64,000 nucleotides of DNA from Octopus vulgaris. Lineage: Eukaryota. This document shows positions 1 to 12,590 of the stretch, piece after piece; position 1 is the stretch's first letter, and each line of letters starts with the position of its first letter. The notes under the pieces are model-generated. The model was not told the origin of the DNA. It made no database searches and saw nothing but the letters and a program-made list of their open reading frames with translations. Made by a program: the position numbers and the translations under genes. The stretch is taken from contig OX597820.1 of NCBI GenBank assembly GCA_951406725.2, positions 91,016,001 through 91,080,000 on the forward strand. Reading direction: 5' to 3'.

Positions 1-250
1 TGAAAGAAGCTCGTCGTATATATGCATGTAAATGTTTGTGTGAGTATGTCTTCGTGTCAGTGTTTGCCTCCCTCACCATCGCATGACAACTAATATTGGT
101 GTGTTTGCAACCCTGTATCATAGACCGATAGAATAAGTACCAGGGTTGCAAAGAGCAAGTTCTCACGTCGATTTCATCGACTATTAAAAAAGCCCTTTGA
201 GAAGGTGCTCGAGCATGGCCGCAGTCAAATGACTGAGACAAACAAAAAAT
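1..250 (+). mobile_element. SINE family A, 3' part (cut by window edge)
   Basis: Matches the 39310-39703 copy: tgaaagaagc(t)cgtcg, gatagaataagtac and tail ggtgctcgagcatggccgcagtcaaatgactga. Confidence 0.85.
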
Positions 251-260
251 TAAAAGAATA

Positions 261-330
261 TAAATATATATATATATATGCATATATATATATATATATG
301 CATATATATATATATGCATATATATATATA

Positions 331-368
<38 letters not shown>

Positions 369-677
369 TATATATATATATGCATACATATAAATATATG
401 CATACATATATATATATGCATATATATGTGTATATATGTATGTATATATGTATATATAGTTATGAAGTGAACAGTATAAATTGGAAGTACATTTTATACG
501 TATAATATATACACTATATATGCATATATATTAATTTTATATATACACAGCATTTATCTTAAAATATAAATGTTAATAAACGTGTGTGCGTGCGTGTGCC
601 TGTGTGTGTGTGCGCGTCTGTGTATACATGCCTGCATCACTATCTGCTGTGTATATTTATTTGTTTATATATGTGTC

Positions 678-711
<34 letters not shown>

Positions 712-865
712 CATATTTTTACACATACATATATATATTTATATATATACATATATATATATACATACATGTTTGTGTGAGCTATTTAGATATGTAAATG
801 CATAGGTATATATGTGTATATAAACATGTTTGTGTATGTATGTACGTTACTATGTATGTATGTGT
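261..865. repeat. Compound (TA)n/(TATGCA)/(TG)n microsatellite field
   Basis: Visible dinucleotide runs; source of the YIYI and CVCV pseudo-ORFs. Confidence 0.95.
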
Positions 866-2585
866 ACAGCATGTTTTAGTTTTTAAATCTTCGAGATATT
901 TTTGCTACCAAGTAGGAATTTCTAGACCAATAATAATAAGTGAGTCATATAAAAATAATCTGTCGCTGCTTTGAAGATCCATAAACTAACTTTGAAGAAA
1001 TCTACAGGAAAGAACACTGCAAGGTATTTACAAATAACTTCTTATCGATTTTTTCTTGGTTTAGTTACAAGCGTTTGATGTCTCAAATTAGCCATCTTCG
1101 CGATAACAGAAGCTTTGCTGGACGAAAATTACTGCCACAGCTTTAGGCTGTTGCTGCCTCAATATGGCTGAGAGCGTTGATGCTGTTTTGTTGAAAACGA
1201 ATTTATTTGCTTCCTGCGTCCATTCTAATATTTATATGCTCGAGTGTATGTCCATACAGATGTAAAATTAATGCATTGATGTATGCATGTAATCGGAATG
1301 TCATTTAATATTCAGCTCTTCTAGAGTAGGTATGTTGTTACAGGCTGGAAGTTATCGTGTCGATGTTTGGAGTTGCATTGTCTCCTTTGATCAAAACACA
1401 TTTCTTTGCGTATTATCAAAATAGGCCGAAACACATGACTTTGTTTTCTCTTCGATAATACTCGAGTAATTTGGAATATTGATGGAAATCTATTACATGT
1501 GATAGAAATTTTTACATGAATACGGGACACCGTTTTCATTTGATAAGTTCAAATATAGCATATTACTGAATTCTGATAACGTATTTTCTAAATATATCCT
1601 CGTTTGTATCATTCTTTAAAATGTAAGTTGGCAACCTTGACCCAGTTATCAAATGAGGTTAGTGCCAGTCTTTAGATTATCGAAGAGTATTCCATTCTTT
1701 GGGGTTTCTGTTTATATTCTCAGACACTATGTATCTAGGAGCACATTTTCCATATGGTCTTGCTCTTTAAGATGGGAAGGTATGATTTGAAATAGGCTTT
1801 CTTATCGATCAGGCACAAACTCCCAATTGGTTCAAATGTGCCAGAGTAATCTAATATGGCATATTTTTTAACATCAAATATGTTGCCATAACCCAACTTA
1901 GAAGTGTTTGAAGTTTATGGAAGCCAATTTCTCCATCAGTTTTAATAAAAGATCCTGTGTCTGCATGCTGGATCCGTTCGAAAAAAACAGACAGATCTCC
2001 CTCAAACAACACCATGCTTTATACTAGAAGAACATGGAGAATGATACAGTTTTAGGTGTACTATCATATCTGCTGAATTAGAGTCATTCTGTACCTAGAC
2101 AATAACAATATTTTGTAATGTTTGCAAATAATCTGTTATGCCATCGTCTTCTAATACGGCAACCTCATTTTGTGGCATTAAGATTTAGTGTCAGTTATTA
2201 CGCTTGAACATATTTTATAGTTGGTCTTTGAAAAACTCACATCACACTCTTTTAAAAAAGAAAGCAAATATATTAGATAAATTACATTTAGACACCCACA
2301 AAATAGACGGGATAGCCATGCTCGGAATATTTTTGATCAGAGTTCTAGTGAATCTCTAATCAAACAACGACGTGACTGATTCGTCTCGTATAAATAGCTT
2401 GGTTCTTAAAAAATATATCCGTTTATACAATAAGCTAATGACTAACAAACACTATCTTTGAACAACATCAGACTCATTTAATAGTGTCTCGTTCGTACAA
2501 TATTTTACAAGACTCTTCCTTATTCGTTTGACGGTATATCACATTTGAAAACTATAACTCATAACAAACGTTTAACTGGTAGCGC

Positions 2586-2760
2586 TGATTCGAAACCGAA
2601 TCACTGGTCAGACATCACGAGAAAACCGCCATAGTGTCACGTGTTCGATCTATTAATCGACCAATCAGCAAGAACTGATAACATTGATAAGTTTTTTCTA
2701 ATATTCTAGAATTTGACTTCCGGTTCCCTATAAAAACCGTTCGACGTGAGTTTTTGCTGA
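2586..2760 (+). promoter_or_regulatory. Possible Pol II promoter-like motif cluster
   Basis: GTCACGTG 2636-2643, CCAAT 2661-2665, ACTTCCGG (ETS-like) 2716-2723 and TATAAAA 2729-2735 in plausible order, in relatively CpG-rich unique sequence. Confidence 0.3.
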
Positions 2761-4141
2761 ACTGATGACCCAGGAAGGCAATTAAGACAGAGGGTGCAGA
2801 TACATGACAGGAACCTCCGTCTCCACGAATATAGCACAATTGTTTCAAGTAATATCGGGCAAGCTACATTTACCAATTCAACGGCCTGCCGTAAACCTCC
2901 ACCAGTACCTCTCTCCCAGTATGAAATTATTGATGTTGTTATCTGTAAAAGGCCAAGGCAGTTTGTCTTTATGTGTGATAATAAAATCTGTTAAATGTTC
3001 GCGGGTGGTCTTGACTTACTTGTTCACGCAGCTCAAGAAATATTTATTCATTCATCAACACAAGTCACCACCACAGACCAGACCAACAACCATCATTTGT
3101 CATTCTTGTTCTTCAAGAATTTCACTCTGAATATTAGCAAATAACAATTAAAGATACCACCAGTCAGTACTTTAGAACACATCGGGCTTGACATAGTTAC
3201 GTTGCACTCATAAAGTACACATCCTCTTACGAAGAATGTAAACAGAATTTGTAATTGTTTCACTGTAGCAAGAATCTATTTCAGTTATTGCCAAAGACAT
3301 TAAGAGCTGCGGTGTTCGTACACTTGATGAAGTACACAGTAAGATTGATTAAAGTTTAAAAAGTAGTCCAGTGTATACAAGTATATATGACAGTCAAAAC
3401 TTTCTGAAACCTGTCTCTCTTTAACAATTTGTGTATATAAATTGTGTGTGCGTGTGTGTGTATTCATAATTTATTTTACAATGATTTATCATAGTACGCA
3501 TTCTATGATCTCTTATTGGTACATTAGAATCACTCCACTTAAACTTAACAACTAAACGCTTAAGTTAGGTATTCTGCATGTAAAAAAAACAATGATCAAT
3601 ATTTGTTTTGGTTATATTATTAATGATATTTAACTTTTAATAGTAAATCGACGAATTTCAATGCTGAAAAGGAAATTTTAAAGCATTTACCAAGAGAGAT
3701 AGAAAGTTTGTGTACGTTTGTGTTTGACACATCACATGACGTATGAGTCTTGTGAAAATGATACTGTTAATGTTGCATTTCAACATCGAAAAGTCAAAAC
3801 GTGTTGATGGGGGCAGAAAATTAATTCCTGGGGGAAAAGGCGTTTTGGAACGGAAGCATCAAAGATGAGGGGTAATAAGGACCACTTCATAAAAAAAAAA
3901 GCAAAAAACTTAAGACGGATGTATTGTATGGTATTAGTTGAAGCAGGTATCTAACAAATCAATTCCGAGAAGTTAAAGAGGAAGAGTGCTAGCGTAAATA
4001 GTTCAATATTTGGAAAATGAGTAAGGAAAAATACGTTTTATTGCTTCTGTTAGTTGCAAGTTATCCGAGCCTGTAGTACAGAAATCAATGGTAATATATG
4101 CGTGTGCGTATGGCATACATGCATACGTATATATGTGTGTG

Positions 4142-4142
<1 letters not shown>

Positions 4143-4190
<48 letters not shown>

Positions 4191-4205
4191 TAGATAGATA
4201 GATAT

Positions 4206-4290
<85 letters not shown>
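4143..4290. repeat. (TA)n followed by (TAGA)n microsatellite
   Basis: Direct reading. Confidence 0.97.
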
Positions 4291-4292
<2 letters not shown>

Positions 4293-4439
4293 TACATATA
4301 TATAATATGTGTGTATAGACAGATCGATAAAGAGAGAGATATGTAGATGTACGTGTATGTATAGCTTTCCTTCAAAGTTTGGAGGAAGGCGCAGTGGCCA
4401 TGACTTTTGCAGGCCCTCCTGAAGTGGCATAATGAATGT

Positions 4440-4695
4440 CATTAATAAACTTCTTGAATATTTTAGCTAGTCAGAACCAGCAGGGTGGGAATCTCAGAGA
4501 ACCGAAGATCTGGGTAGGAAGGGCTGTATTGTGTCTGAGGTGGCTGGACATAACAAAAGAGATAGGAGGAGCCGGGACAAATGGAATGGGGATGACTGAG
4601 TGTCATATATGACTAAGTTTGTGACATGTGTACAACCAGCTCCGAAGAGCAAAAGCCATTATAGTATAGTAAAAATGGCAGGAGACGTGATACAG
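4440..4695 (-). mobile_element. Degenerate CR1/L2-group LINE ORF2 C-terminal fragment
   Basis: Minus strand reads ...LLYYNGFCSSEL... and ...FLPRSS..., resembling the SLFYRYYxGxCSxEL and SFxPRTxxLWNxLP motifs of CR1/L2-group ORF2 ends; frameshifted. Confidence 0.55.
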
Positions 4696-4829
4696 TATGC
4701 AGAATGCATATGTACATATACCAGCGTGTGTCTGTGTGCATGTGAATGTGTATGTGTGTGTGTGTTTCTGAATCTTCGGAAACTAGTCATCTTAATAAAT
4801 AGTTGCTGGTATGTATGGTTATCTTTTAA

Positions 4830-5237
4830 TCTTTTAATTGTTTCTGTAACTGGAATGCGGCAATGCTGGGGCACCACCTTGAAGTGCTTAGTCGAACAGA
4901 TCTACCCCAGTAATTATTTTTTAAGTTTAATACTTATCCGATCAGTCAACAACCGGTATTAGTTTATTTACGGTGACGTAAACAAACCAACACCGATTGT
5001 GAAGGTGTGGTGGGGACAAACACAGACACAAATGCACACACACGAATATATATATATATATATATAAACTATATACGACGGATTACTTTCAGTTTCTGTT
5101 TACCAAATCCACTCACAAGGCTTTAATCAACCCAAGGTACTAGCGGAAGACACTTGCTCTAAGTGTAACGCTGTGGGACTGAACCCGGAAGCATGTAGTT
5201 GAGAAAGAAACTTCTTACTATACAGTTACGCCTGCCC
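4830..5237 (-). mobile_element. SINE family A, diverged full-length copy
   Basis: Reverse complement of head (gggactgaacccgga), body (ctttcagtttctgtttaccaaatccactcacaaggc) and tail (atgctggggcaccacc). Confidence 0.8.
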
Positions 5238-5800
5238 TCATTCTGGTTCACAAGAACTTGAATTATATCCGATTCTTTCAAACATCATCAATCAAAAGCT
5301 TGTTTTTGTTTGCGGCTCGCTATTTTTGTCCGTGTGTTTTAGTTTAACTTTATACTGCGTCATGTGTATTGTGTCTAACATTAATCGTCTAAAGTTGAAG
5401 GGAGTTCTGTAAGTTATAGATGTACTATCCTATATTGTCTCTCCACCTGGTTCCGTTTCGTGCCTTGTTGCGTTGTAACTATCGTTGATATAAGAGCACA
5501 GGGAATCGGTGGAGAAGCACTATAACTACAACAATTAACTACAAACTAGGGTGACATATATCTATCGGTCAAAATCAAAATTACAGGCTAATGTTTACAC
5601 CAATTCGTCACGTCAGCTCTTTCGACAGTAAAGTGACACTAACACACGACATCCTCACATGAATCCATTCTGATGCTGATAAGATCTAGAAGCGTTGATT
5701 GTTGATTTTGGAACTTTATAGTTCCCACAGATTTGAACATACCTAACGAAAGTGATAAATCTGCGACACAGTCGTCTTTTCAATGCAACCCTAACAATCA

Positions 5801-5892
5801 TTCACACACACACACACACACACATATATGTTCATATATACATACATCTATACATACGCACAAACATATATGTATACATATCTGTGTGTATG

Positions 5893-5952
<60 letters not shown>

Positions 5953-5997
5953 TGTGCACACATTTATGCATATTTGCGCTTGTGTGTGTGTGTGTGT
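5801..5997. repeat. (CA)n/(TA)n/(TG)n compound microsatellite
   Basis: Direct reading. Confidence 0.95.
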
Positions 5998-6749
5998 CCG
6001 TATGGCGTATGAGCTCGCATGCGCGTTAGTGTGCAAAGCAGGAAACAGTTGTTATTGAGACACTGTTGTTTGGCCCATTTGTACAAATAACGATCGATTC
6101 TCACCTTAATGCCAATTTGCCATAGAATAAACAAATTTTGATTATCTTTTTATTTTCTGTTCTGTTTTTTTTTTTTTTCGTTTCATTTTTAGACATAAAT
6201 GCAAAGAAATATAGTTTGACAGATGATATTTGGCTGTCTGTCGACAACGTGCATGGAATCAAATGAGAGATAGCTATAAAGAAAACAAAAATAATGGGGG
6301 AAAAAAGCTAGCTAATGAGTGTCTGATATGGACAGATACTGAAATGAATGTAAGGAAGAGCAGAAAGTGAAATTTAAAATACAGATGGGGAAAAAAAAAG
6401 AGAGGGAAGAAAAAAAATCTATATGGAGGATTAAACATGTGAAGCAGGATAAAGAGTGCAGGAGAAATCAAAATAAGATACTCGGAGAATAGTAAAATAT
6501 CAAGAAAGCTAGATGGTGATGTAAAAGAAAAAAATAATAAACAGAAAGGTAATAAATACTGAAAAAAGCCGAAAGATCATATCGACAAATAATTTGAAAT
6601 GAGATGAAATGAAGCGATCATTGCATGATGATGTAACTTAGAAAAAAGTCGAAGAAAGTAAAAGATACATAAATTGCTTTTTTTGCTGAGTTGTTCATGT
6701 AGACACACATATTATATATATACATAAAAGAAGCACTGTGACCATGAGA

Positions 6750-6770
6750 AATAAAATAATAATAATGATG

Positions 6771-6819
<49 letters not shown>

Positions 6820-6835
6820 TAATAATGGTGAATAC

Positions 6836-6891
<56 letters not shown>
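6750..6891. repeat. (TAA)n followed by inverted (TTA)n
   Basis: About 75 bp of (TAA)n, a short spacer (ggtgaatac), then about 55 bp of (TTA)n. Confidence 0.95.
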
Positions 6892-6892
<1 letters not shown>

Positions 6893-7533
6893 TTTTAATC
6901 TGCATGTTTGTTGCAGTCACTAGCCGAGGCACACCCAGCGTCCTGGAGCGAGTGAAGGATAAGAGATGTTACAGTATGACTGAAAGCTTGGGGAGGGAAA
7001 GTAGTGAAATATCATCATGTAATACAACACAGACACTTAAATGGATAAGGTTTTTCTAAGGGTGTGGGCAGTACTTGTCAGCACAATCTTTTGGATTTCT
7101 CTGAGACATGGTTCTCCTGGGATCTTAACTAGATGCTTCTGACATTTTTTATCATACCCAGGGCACCTACAATAACAGGAACAGTTCTCGTTTTAAGATG
7201 CCTCATCTTTTATATTTCAATTTCCAGGTGCTTATATTTATTTTGTTAAATTCCTTGAGATATATTTTTATTAGTGGGAACAGTCACATGTATTAGTGTA
7301 CAAGTCTTTTCTTCCCCGTCTTTAATAATTATGCCTGGTCGATTAGCCTGGATCGTTCAGTCAGTGTTGTTTTTTACCTTCAACGACTAGCTCAGGGTGA
7401 TGTTTGTACCAGAAAATAGGAGTGCTGATTTTGTAGTGTTTACATATTTTCCATTTTAAATACTGTTTTGATGGATCATTCTTGCCACATTGTCATGGCA
7501 TCTTTTGTATTCGCATTGTGCCAATTTCGGGCA
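6892..7533 (-). mobile_element. R4/Dong-type non-LTR retrotransposon, 5'-truncated (RLE domain plus 3'UTR)
   Basis: Minus translation with breaks: CPKLAQCEYKRCHDNVARMIH..WKICKHYKI..WYKHHP..NRPGIIIKD..KYKHLEIEI..TVPVIVGALGMI..EIQKIVLTSTAHTLRKTLSI*; flanked by (TAA)n on both sides. Confidence 0.9.
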
Positions 7534-7564
<31 letters not shown>

Positions 7565-8118
7565 ACGAAAACTTGCAGCTTATTTTTCTGGGTATGATGG
7601 AAAGTGTCAGCTGTCCACAACCAGCACACTAAGGTTACACTTGTTTACTGTTCAAGCTTTAAGAACCCTGCGAATAATTCTTGCAATTCCATGCAATGCA
7701 ATGTTGATTTTTGTAGGTGCACCAATCTTTTTCAACCACGTCGGTAATTGAGTGCCAATACTTCCAAGTACACCAAGTACTCTCTTTATTGAGCTTAACC
7801 TTCACATTTCCCACTTCAAATCGTCATAGTTGTTTATTTTTTCTCGTTGTCACCTGGGCATAATATATCGATTACCATACATGTTCTTTTTTTATTTACC
7901 ACAGCAGTGTCCGGTTTCCGATGTCTGGTTGGGTGATCACCTTGGATCATTGCAACCCTCAGGATTTTGCAATTCTCATTTTCAGTGACCCCTTCTGGGG
8001 TCTGCTCATACTAAGTCTTTACTCATTGTAGGCCGTGATTTCCACAGAGCTCTCAACGGATCGTTCTTGCCACATTGTCATGGCATCTTTTATATTCGCG
8101 TTGTGACAGTTTCGGGCA
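7565..8118 (-). mobile_element. Second R4/Dong-type fragment (different subfamily), 5'-truncated
   Basis: CPKLSQREYKRCHDNVAR..ELCGNHGL..TPEGVTENENCKIL..HRKPDTAVV..VIDILCPGDN..YDDLKWE..GIARIIRRVLKA*; flanked by (TAA)n. Confidence 0.9.
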
Positions 8119-8148
8119 TTATTATTGTTATCATTATTATTATTATTA

Positions 8149-8179
<31 letters not shown>

Positions 8180-8182
<3 letters not shown>

Positions 8183-8388
8183 CCTTTCTGCAATAGGCAA
8201 AAGACCTGAAATTCGTGGGGACGGGGATAATCGACCACAGTACTTGACTGGTACTTACTTCATAGACCCCAGAATGATGAAAGGCAAAGCTAATCTCAGT
8301 GGATTTTCAGCTCAGACCGTATAGACGAACAGAATGCCGCTAAGCACTTTGCCCGGCGTAATAACGATTCCGTCAGCTCACCGTCTTT
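8180..8388 (-). mobile_element. SINE family B
   Basis: Reverse complement of ggtgagctgacggaatcgtt..cgccgggcaaagtgcttagcggcatt..gcctttcatc..ggggtctatgaagtaagtaccag. Confidence 0.85.
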
Positions 8389-8521
8389 AATAATAATAAT
8401 AATAATTGCATTATAAGTTAACAAAAAAACCTCTCTTAAATTACCGGGGTTCAGTAATACTGAAATGTAGCACGTTATGTAAATAAATGTATATGGTCTG
8501 TCTATAAGTGTTAAACTAGTT

Positions 8522-8606
8522 CAAATCAAAGGGTTCCCAAACCTTTGGTTTAGATATATTTTTTCTACAGACCACTTTTAACATGCTTATACTTGTGTGT
8601 GTAATG

Positions 8607-8638
<32 letters not shown>

Positions 8639-8745
8639 TATGTGTGTGTGTGTGTGTAAAGGAAATTTTGAATTTAGTTCACGGATCCCCAGGACTACCT
8701 TTGCAGACCACCAGAGGTCCACTGACCCCAGGTTGGGAACCACCG
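8522..8745. mobile_element. hAT (Charlie-like) MITE
   Basis: TIR-like ends gggttcccaaac and gttgggaaccaccg; 8-bp direct repeat aactagtt at 8514-8521 and 8746-8753. Confidence 0.7.
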
Positions 8746-8789
8746 AACTAGTTGTTCAATATCAATGCTCTGTAGCGTCGGTGTGTAGA

Positions 8790-9008
8790 GAAGACAAGGA
8801 AGGAACATCCACATGACCGATCAGCTTGCTTGAAATAGCAGCCAAATCTCCTTTAAATCACACCCTGTCAACTTAAAAAGAAAAGAAGTATTCGTTGGAC
8901 AAGGTAATTGTAGATGTATACTGAGTCTAAAATAAAGAGGGAATGGTCGCGTTTGGAACACTCTTGGGCATAATGTACTCATAATTGGCCTGAGGTTAAA
9001 TCACAACC
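8790..9008 (+). mobile_element. Dispersed repeat family D (old, SINE-like)
   Basis: Core cttgc(t)tgaaatagcagccaaatctcc..aaatcacaccc recurs degenerately near 1960-2110, 2150-2370, 14870-15030 and 43900-44090 (+), and near 21420-21640, 30945-31120 and 55200-55420 (-). Confidence 0.6.
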
Positions 9009-12000
9009 GTGCAATCCCTCAAACTTCACAAAATAGCAATTAAATCTCAATAAAGCCATATTCAACGGTTTTTAATGAGTGAGGTTTACATATGATAATG
9101 TAGTTCTACATATATTATGACGGAAATAAAGAAGTGTTCATCATAACCGGAACACTATTGTTCAAATGCTTTCTTCAATACTGAACTTTTGCTTTTCTTC
9201 TCCCACTTAATTTTCTAATCTTCATGGTTACTCATCTGGGGGAAAAGTTGTTTAAATGTGAACTACAATAGTTGGAGTATCTCCTGAAGTACTGTTTACG
9301 CAAGATGGAATGATTTCATAAAGCCATGCAGTACAGTTCTGCGTTTGTTCTTCAATTTATTTCATTCCTTTCCCTTGATAATAGCAAATATTTCGGAGTA
9401 AAACGTCGTTTAGCCAAAAGGGGAGCCATTAAAAAGAGAAAAGCGGAACAAAAAATGAAATTACTATTGCCATTCAGCCTCTGCATAGCTTCAAGGAGAT
9501 TTTAATAAAATTCTTTCTCCCGCTTTTTCTCTGTTTTCCTCTCTGCCAAGAAAGAATGTTGTATGCTACCATCTCATATTTGAAAAGAAAATCGGTTCAT
9601 GATTTTTTTCTTTTCATGAAAGTTTGCTGAATGAAGGTGACTAAGAGAGCAGTGCTAAAGCTTTAAACGACACAGCAAAATACGAAGAATGTTTGATGTC
9701 ATGTAATATACAAAGCTACATCAGAGACTTTTCAAACCTGAATACTGGCAATTTATTATAGAAAGTGAATAAACTAAATTGTTTAACAAACACCATATTG
9801 TATAGCTTTATTAAGTTATTTATCTCGTATAAACAGTACTTTTAGAGATGATGTAACTATTTTAAGGTCACACTTACTCAGCGGTGTGTGAGTGTGTGTG
9901 TGATAGCTTTCCATACATTTCCATCTCTTACATTCCACAAAAAAAAATGGATACAAAGAACATGAGTCTTTCTGAGGCTCGGCTAGAAATCACTCACATA
10001 CTCGCAGTACGGCACAATGGGATTGAACTCAAAGTCTTGCGGTTGCGAGGAGAATTAGCTAACCATTCATTCATGATAGAATTTTGGTTAATACTTACAG
10101 GTCGCATTCCAGTAAATGATAACGTTCTAGTCGTCAGTATTTCTGTATTTAATGAAAGGATCGTATTTCTATCGTTCAGGATTTAAAGTATGGTTCCATT
10201 TTATTTTCGATCAGGGACTTTTTTTTTTTTTTTTTGTAATTTGAATATACTTGCTACGTTGAAGTTGTTCAATAACTACCTTGAAGATTCCTCGCAGGTG
10301 CAAATATAATGAATTTTGCAGGTGCAAGTATAATGGATTTTCTTCAAACATTTTGATATCTTTACATCAAATTATATAGTTTTTTTTATTTATTAATAAC
10401 TATCTATATAACAGATACATACAAACATACAAACATACTTCCGTGTGTATGTGCTCACTCGCACGCACGCATGTATGTTTGTGTGCATGCCTATGCATTC
10501 AAATGTGTATGTGCTTTATGCAATTGGACAAGTGAATTTTACATTGAATATTATAAATATTATGTTGTTGTTGTTGTTGTTGTTAACGTGGCGAGCTGGT
10601 AGAACCGTTAGCACGCTGGACGAAATGCTTAGCAGTAATAAGTACCAGTAAAAACTAGGGTCAATGTAATCGATCAGTCGCCTCCCATCATATTTGAGGC
10701 TTTGTGCCTCCAGTAGAAAGGAATATTATTATTATTATTATGAAAGCAGCGAGCTGGATGAGTGGTTAATACGCTGGACGGAATGCTTAGCGGCATTTCG
10801 CCCGTCGCTACGTTCTGAATTCAAATTCCACCGAAGACGACTTTGCCTTTCATCCTTTTGTGATCGATAAATTAAGTACGAGTTGAGTGCTGAGATCGAT
10901 ATAATCGACTAACCTCTTCTCCAAATTTCAGGCCTTGTGTCTATAAAAGAAAGTATTATTATCATTATTATTATTATTATTATGAAGGCGATGAGCTGGC
11001 AAAATCGTTAAAACACCGGGCGAAATGCTTAGGTAGTATTTCGCTCTTCGATACGTTCGGAGTTAAAATCCCCCCGAGGTCGTCTTTGCCTTTCATCTTT
11101 TCGGGTTGATAAAATAAGTACCAATTGAATACTGGAGTCGATGTAATCGACTCATCCCCTCTCCAGAATTGCTACCATTGTGGTAAAATTTGAAACCAGC
11201 ACCACCTACACCATCACCACCATTATCATTATAAAGGCAGCGAGATGGCAGAATCGTTAGCACACCAGTCGAAATACTTAGAGGCATTTTGTTTGTTTTT
11301 ACGTTCTGAGTTCAAATTCCGCCGAGTTCGAATTTGCCTATCATCCTTTCGGGTACCAGTTGCACACTGGAGTCAATGTAATCGACTTAACCTCCGCCCC
11401 GGGGGTTGTACCAAAATTCTGAATCATGATTATTATTATTTTAAAGTGAGCTAACTAAATCATTATAGCTTCGGCAAAAAGGATTTGTGGCATTTGTCCC
11501 GGCTTTTAACGTTCTCCACTTAAATCCAGTCGAAGTCAGCTTGCCTTTTTCTTTCCAGGGCTGATGAAATAAAGTACCAGTCAAGTACTTGAATCGATGG
11601 TAACGACTACCATACTCCTCAAAATTTCTGGCCTAAATTAGGAACAGTAGTATTAGTCGTAATATCATTATTACTAGCAAACGCGTTGAGGTACCAGTCT
11701 AGGTGATAAGCCGGCAGAATCGTGAGAAAAGCAGGAAAAATGTTATTGTTTGTGGTACTTCTTCCGACTCTTTATGTTCTGAGTTCACATTTTATCTTTC
11801 ATCCGTCTGGGACACATACAAAGAAGAATACAGTCAAATATGTCATCTTTATTCTATGCTAGAACTCATCATGATTTTTAGTGTAACTGAATAGCATCAA
11901 CTAATCCTCTACCCTCAAAATTGCTGTCCTTGTGCAAATAGTAGAAATTATTACCAGTAAAATGTTGGTAGATCACAAGATAAGAACAACACGCTACTTT

Positions 12001-12329
12001 TAGCTGCGTCGTATTCCATTCAGATAACTCAGCTCTTTGGTCACATATTTTTCCGCGTTTTCCGTCTTCTAGTTAAGACCACTACCTGATTGGCCATAGG
12101 GTGTAGTGCCCCACAATTTGAGAACAACTATTTCGGAGAAAATATCGTGCAGTATTTGATGTAACCATTTACATTCTGGGTTTAGTTTTGTTTTTCATTC
12201 TTTTGGGGATTGATAAAATGATGTTCCTGGTCAAGCACCGGCATCAATTTGATTGACGAAATCGTTCCTTAAATTTTTGGTCTTCTATTAGAAACATCTA
12301 TTATGGTTGGATTGTAGCGTATGTCTAGC

Positions 12330-12590
12330 GGAGACAAGTATAAGGATAAACAACTCGTCTCTACATGATAAGATATTATATCCCCAAAACGCCATGTTGG
12401 ACCGTTAGCCCCTACACGCAATTTTTTCTCTCCTTCTTTCTTTTCTGTGTATCTTTCTGTCGAAGAGCGTAGGCTCGAAACGTACAAGACTTGTTTTATT
12501 TCTATTCCTGAGTGCCATACTAATACATTGTTTGTTTGTACTCCACCTGCCTTCGACTTTTGTTTATTTTCGTAAACCTTCCTGTTATAT
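12330..12590 (+). mobile_element. Penelope-like pLTR remnant
   Basis: Contains a minimal hammerhead-like motif with T-rich flanks, as in PLE pLTRs. Confidence 0.5.
12452..12489 (+). ncRNA. Minimal hammerhead-ribozyme-like motif (variant core)
   Basis: tcttt-CTGTCGA-a-GAGC-gtag-GCTC-GAAAC-GTA-caaga: perfect stem II, stem I with one mismatch, T in place of the core A of CUGANGA. Confidence 0.55.

Noticed and set aside
205-805. YIYI/CVCV/HTHT-rich ORFs here and throughout (e.g. 49216-49836, 206 aa)
   Set aside because: Stop-free translations of dinucleotide microsatellites; no coding signal
10588-11450. Regularly spaced repeats superficially like a CRISPR array
   Set aside because: Units are ~200-bp diverged SINE copies, not short identical repeats with unique spacers; eukaryotic context and no cas genes
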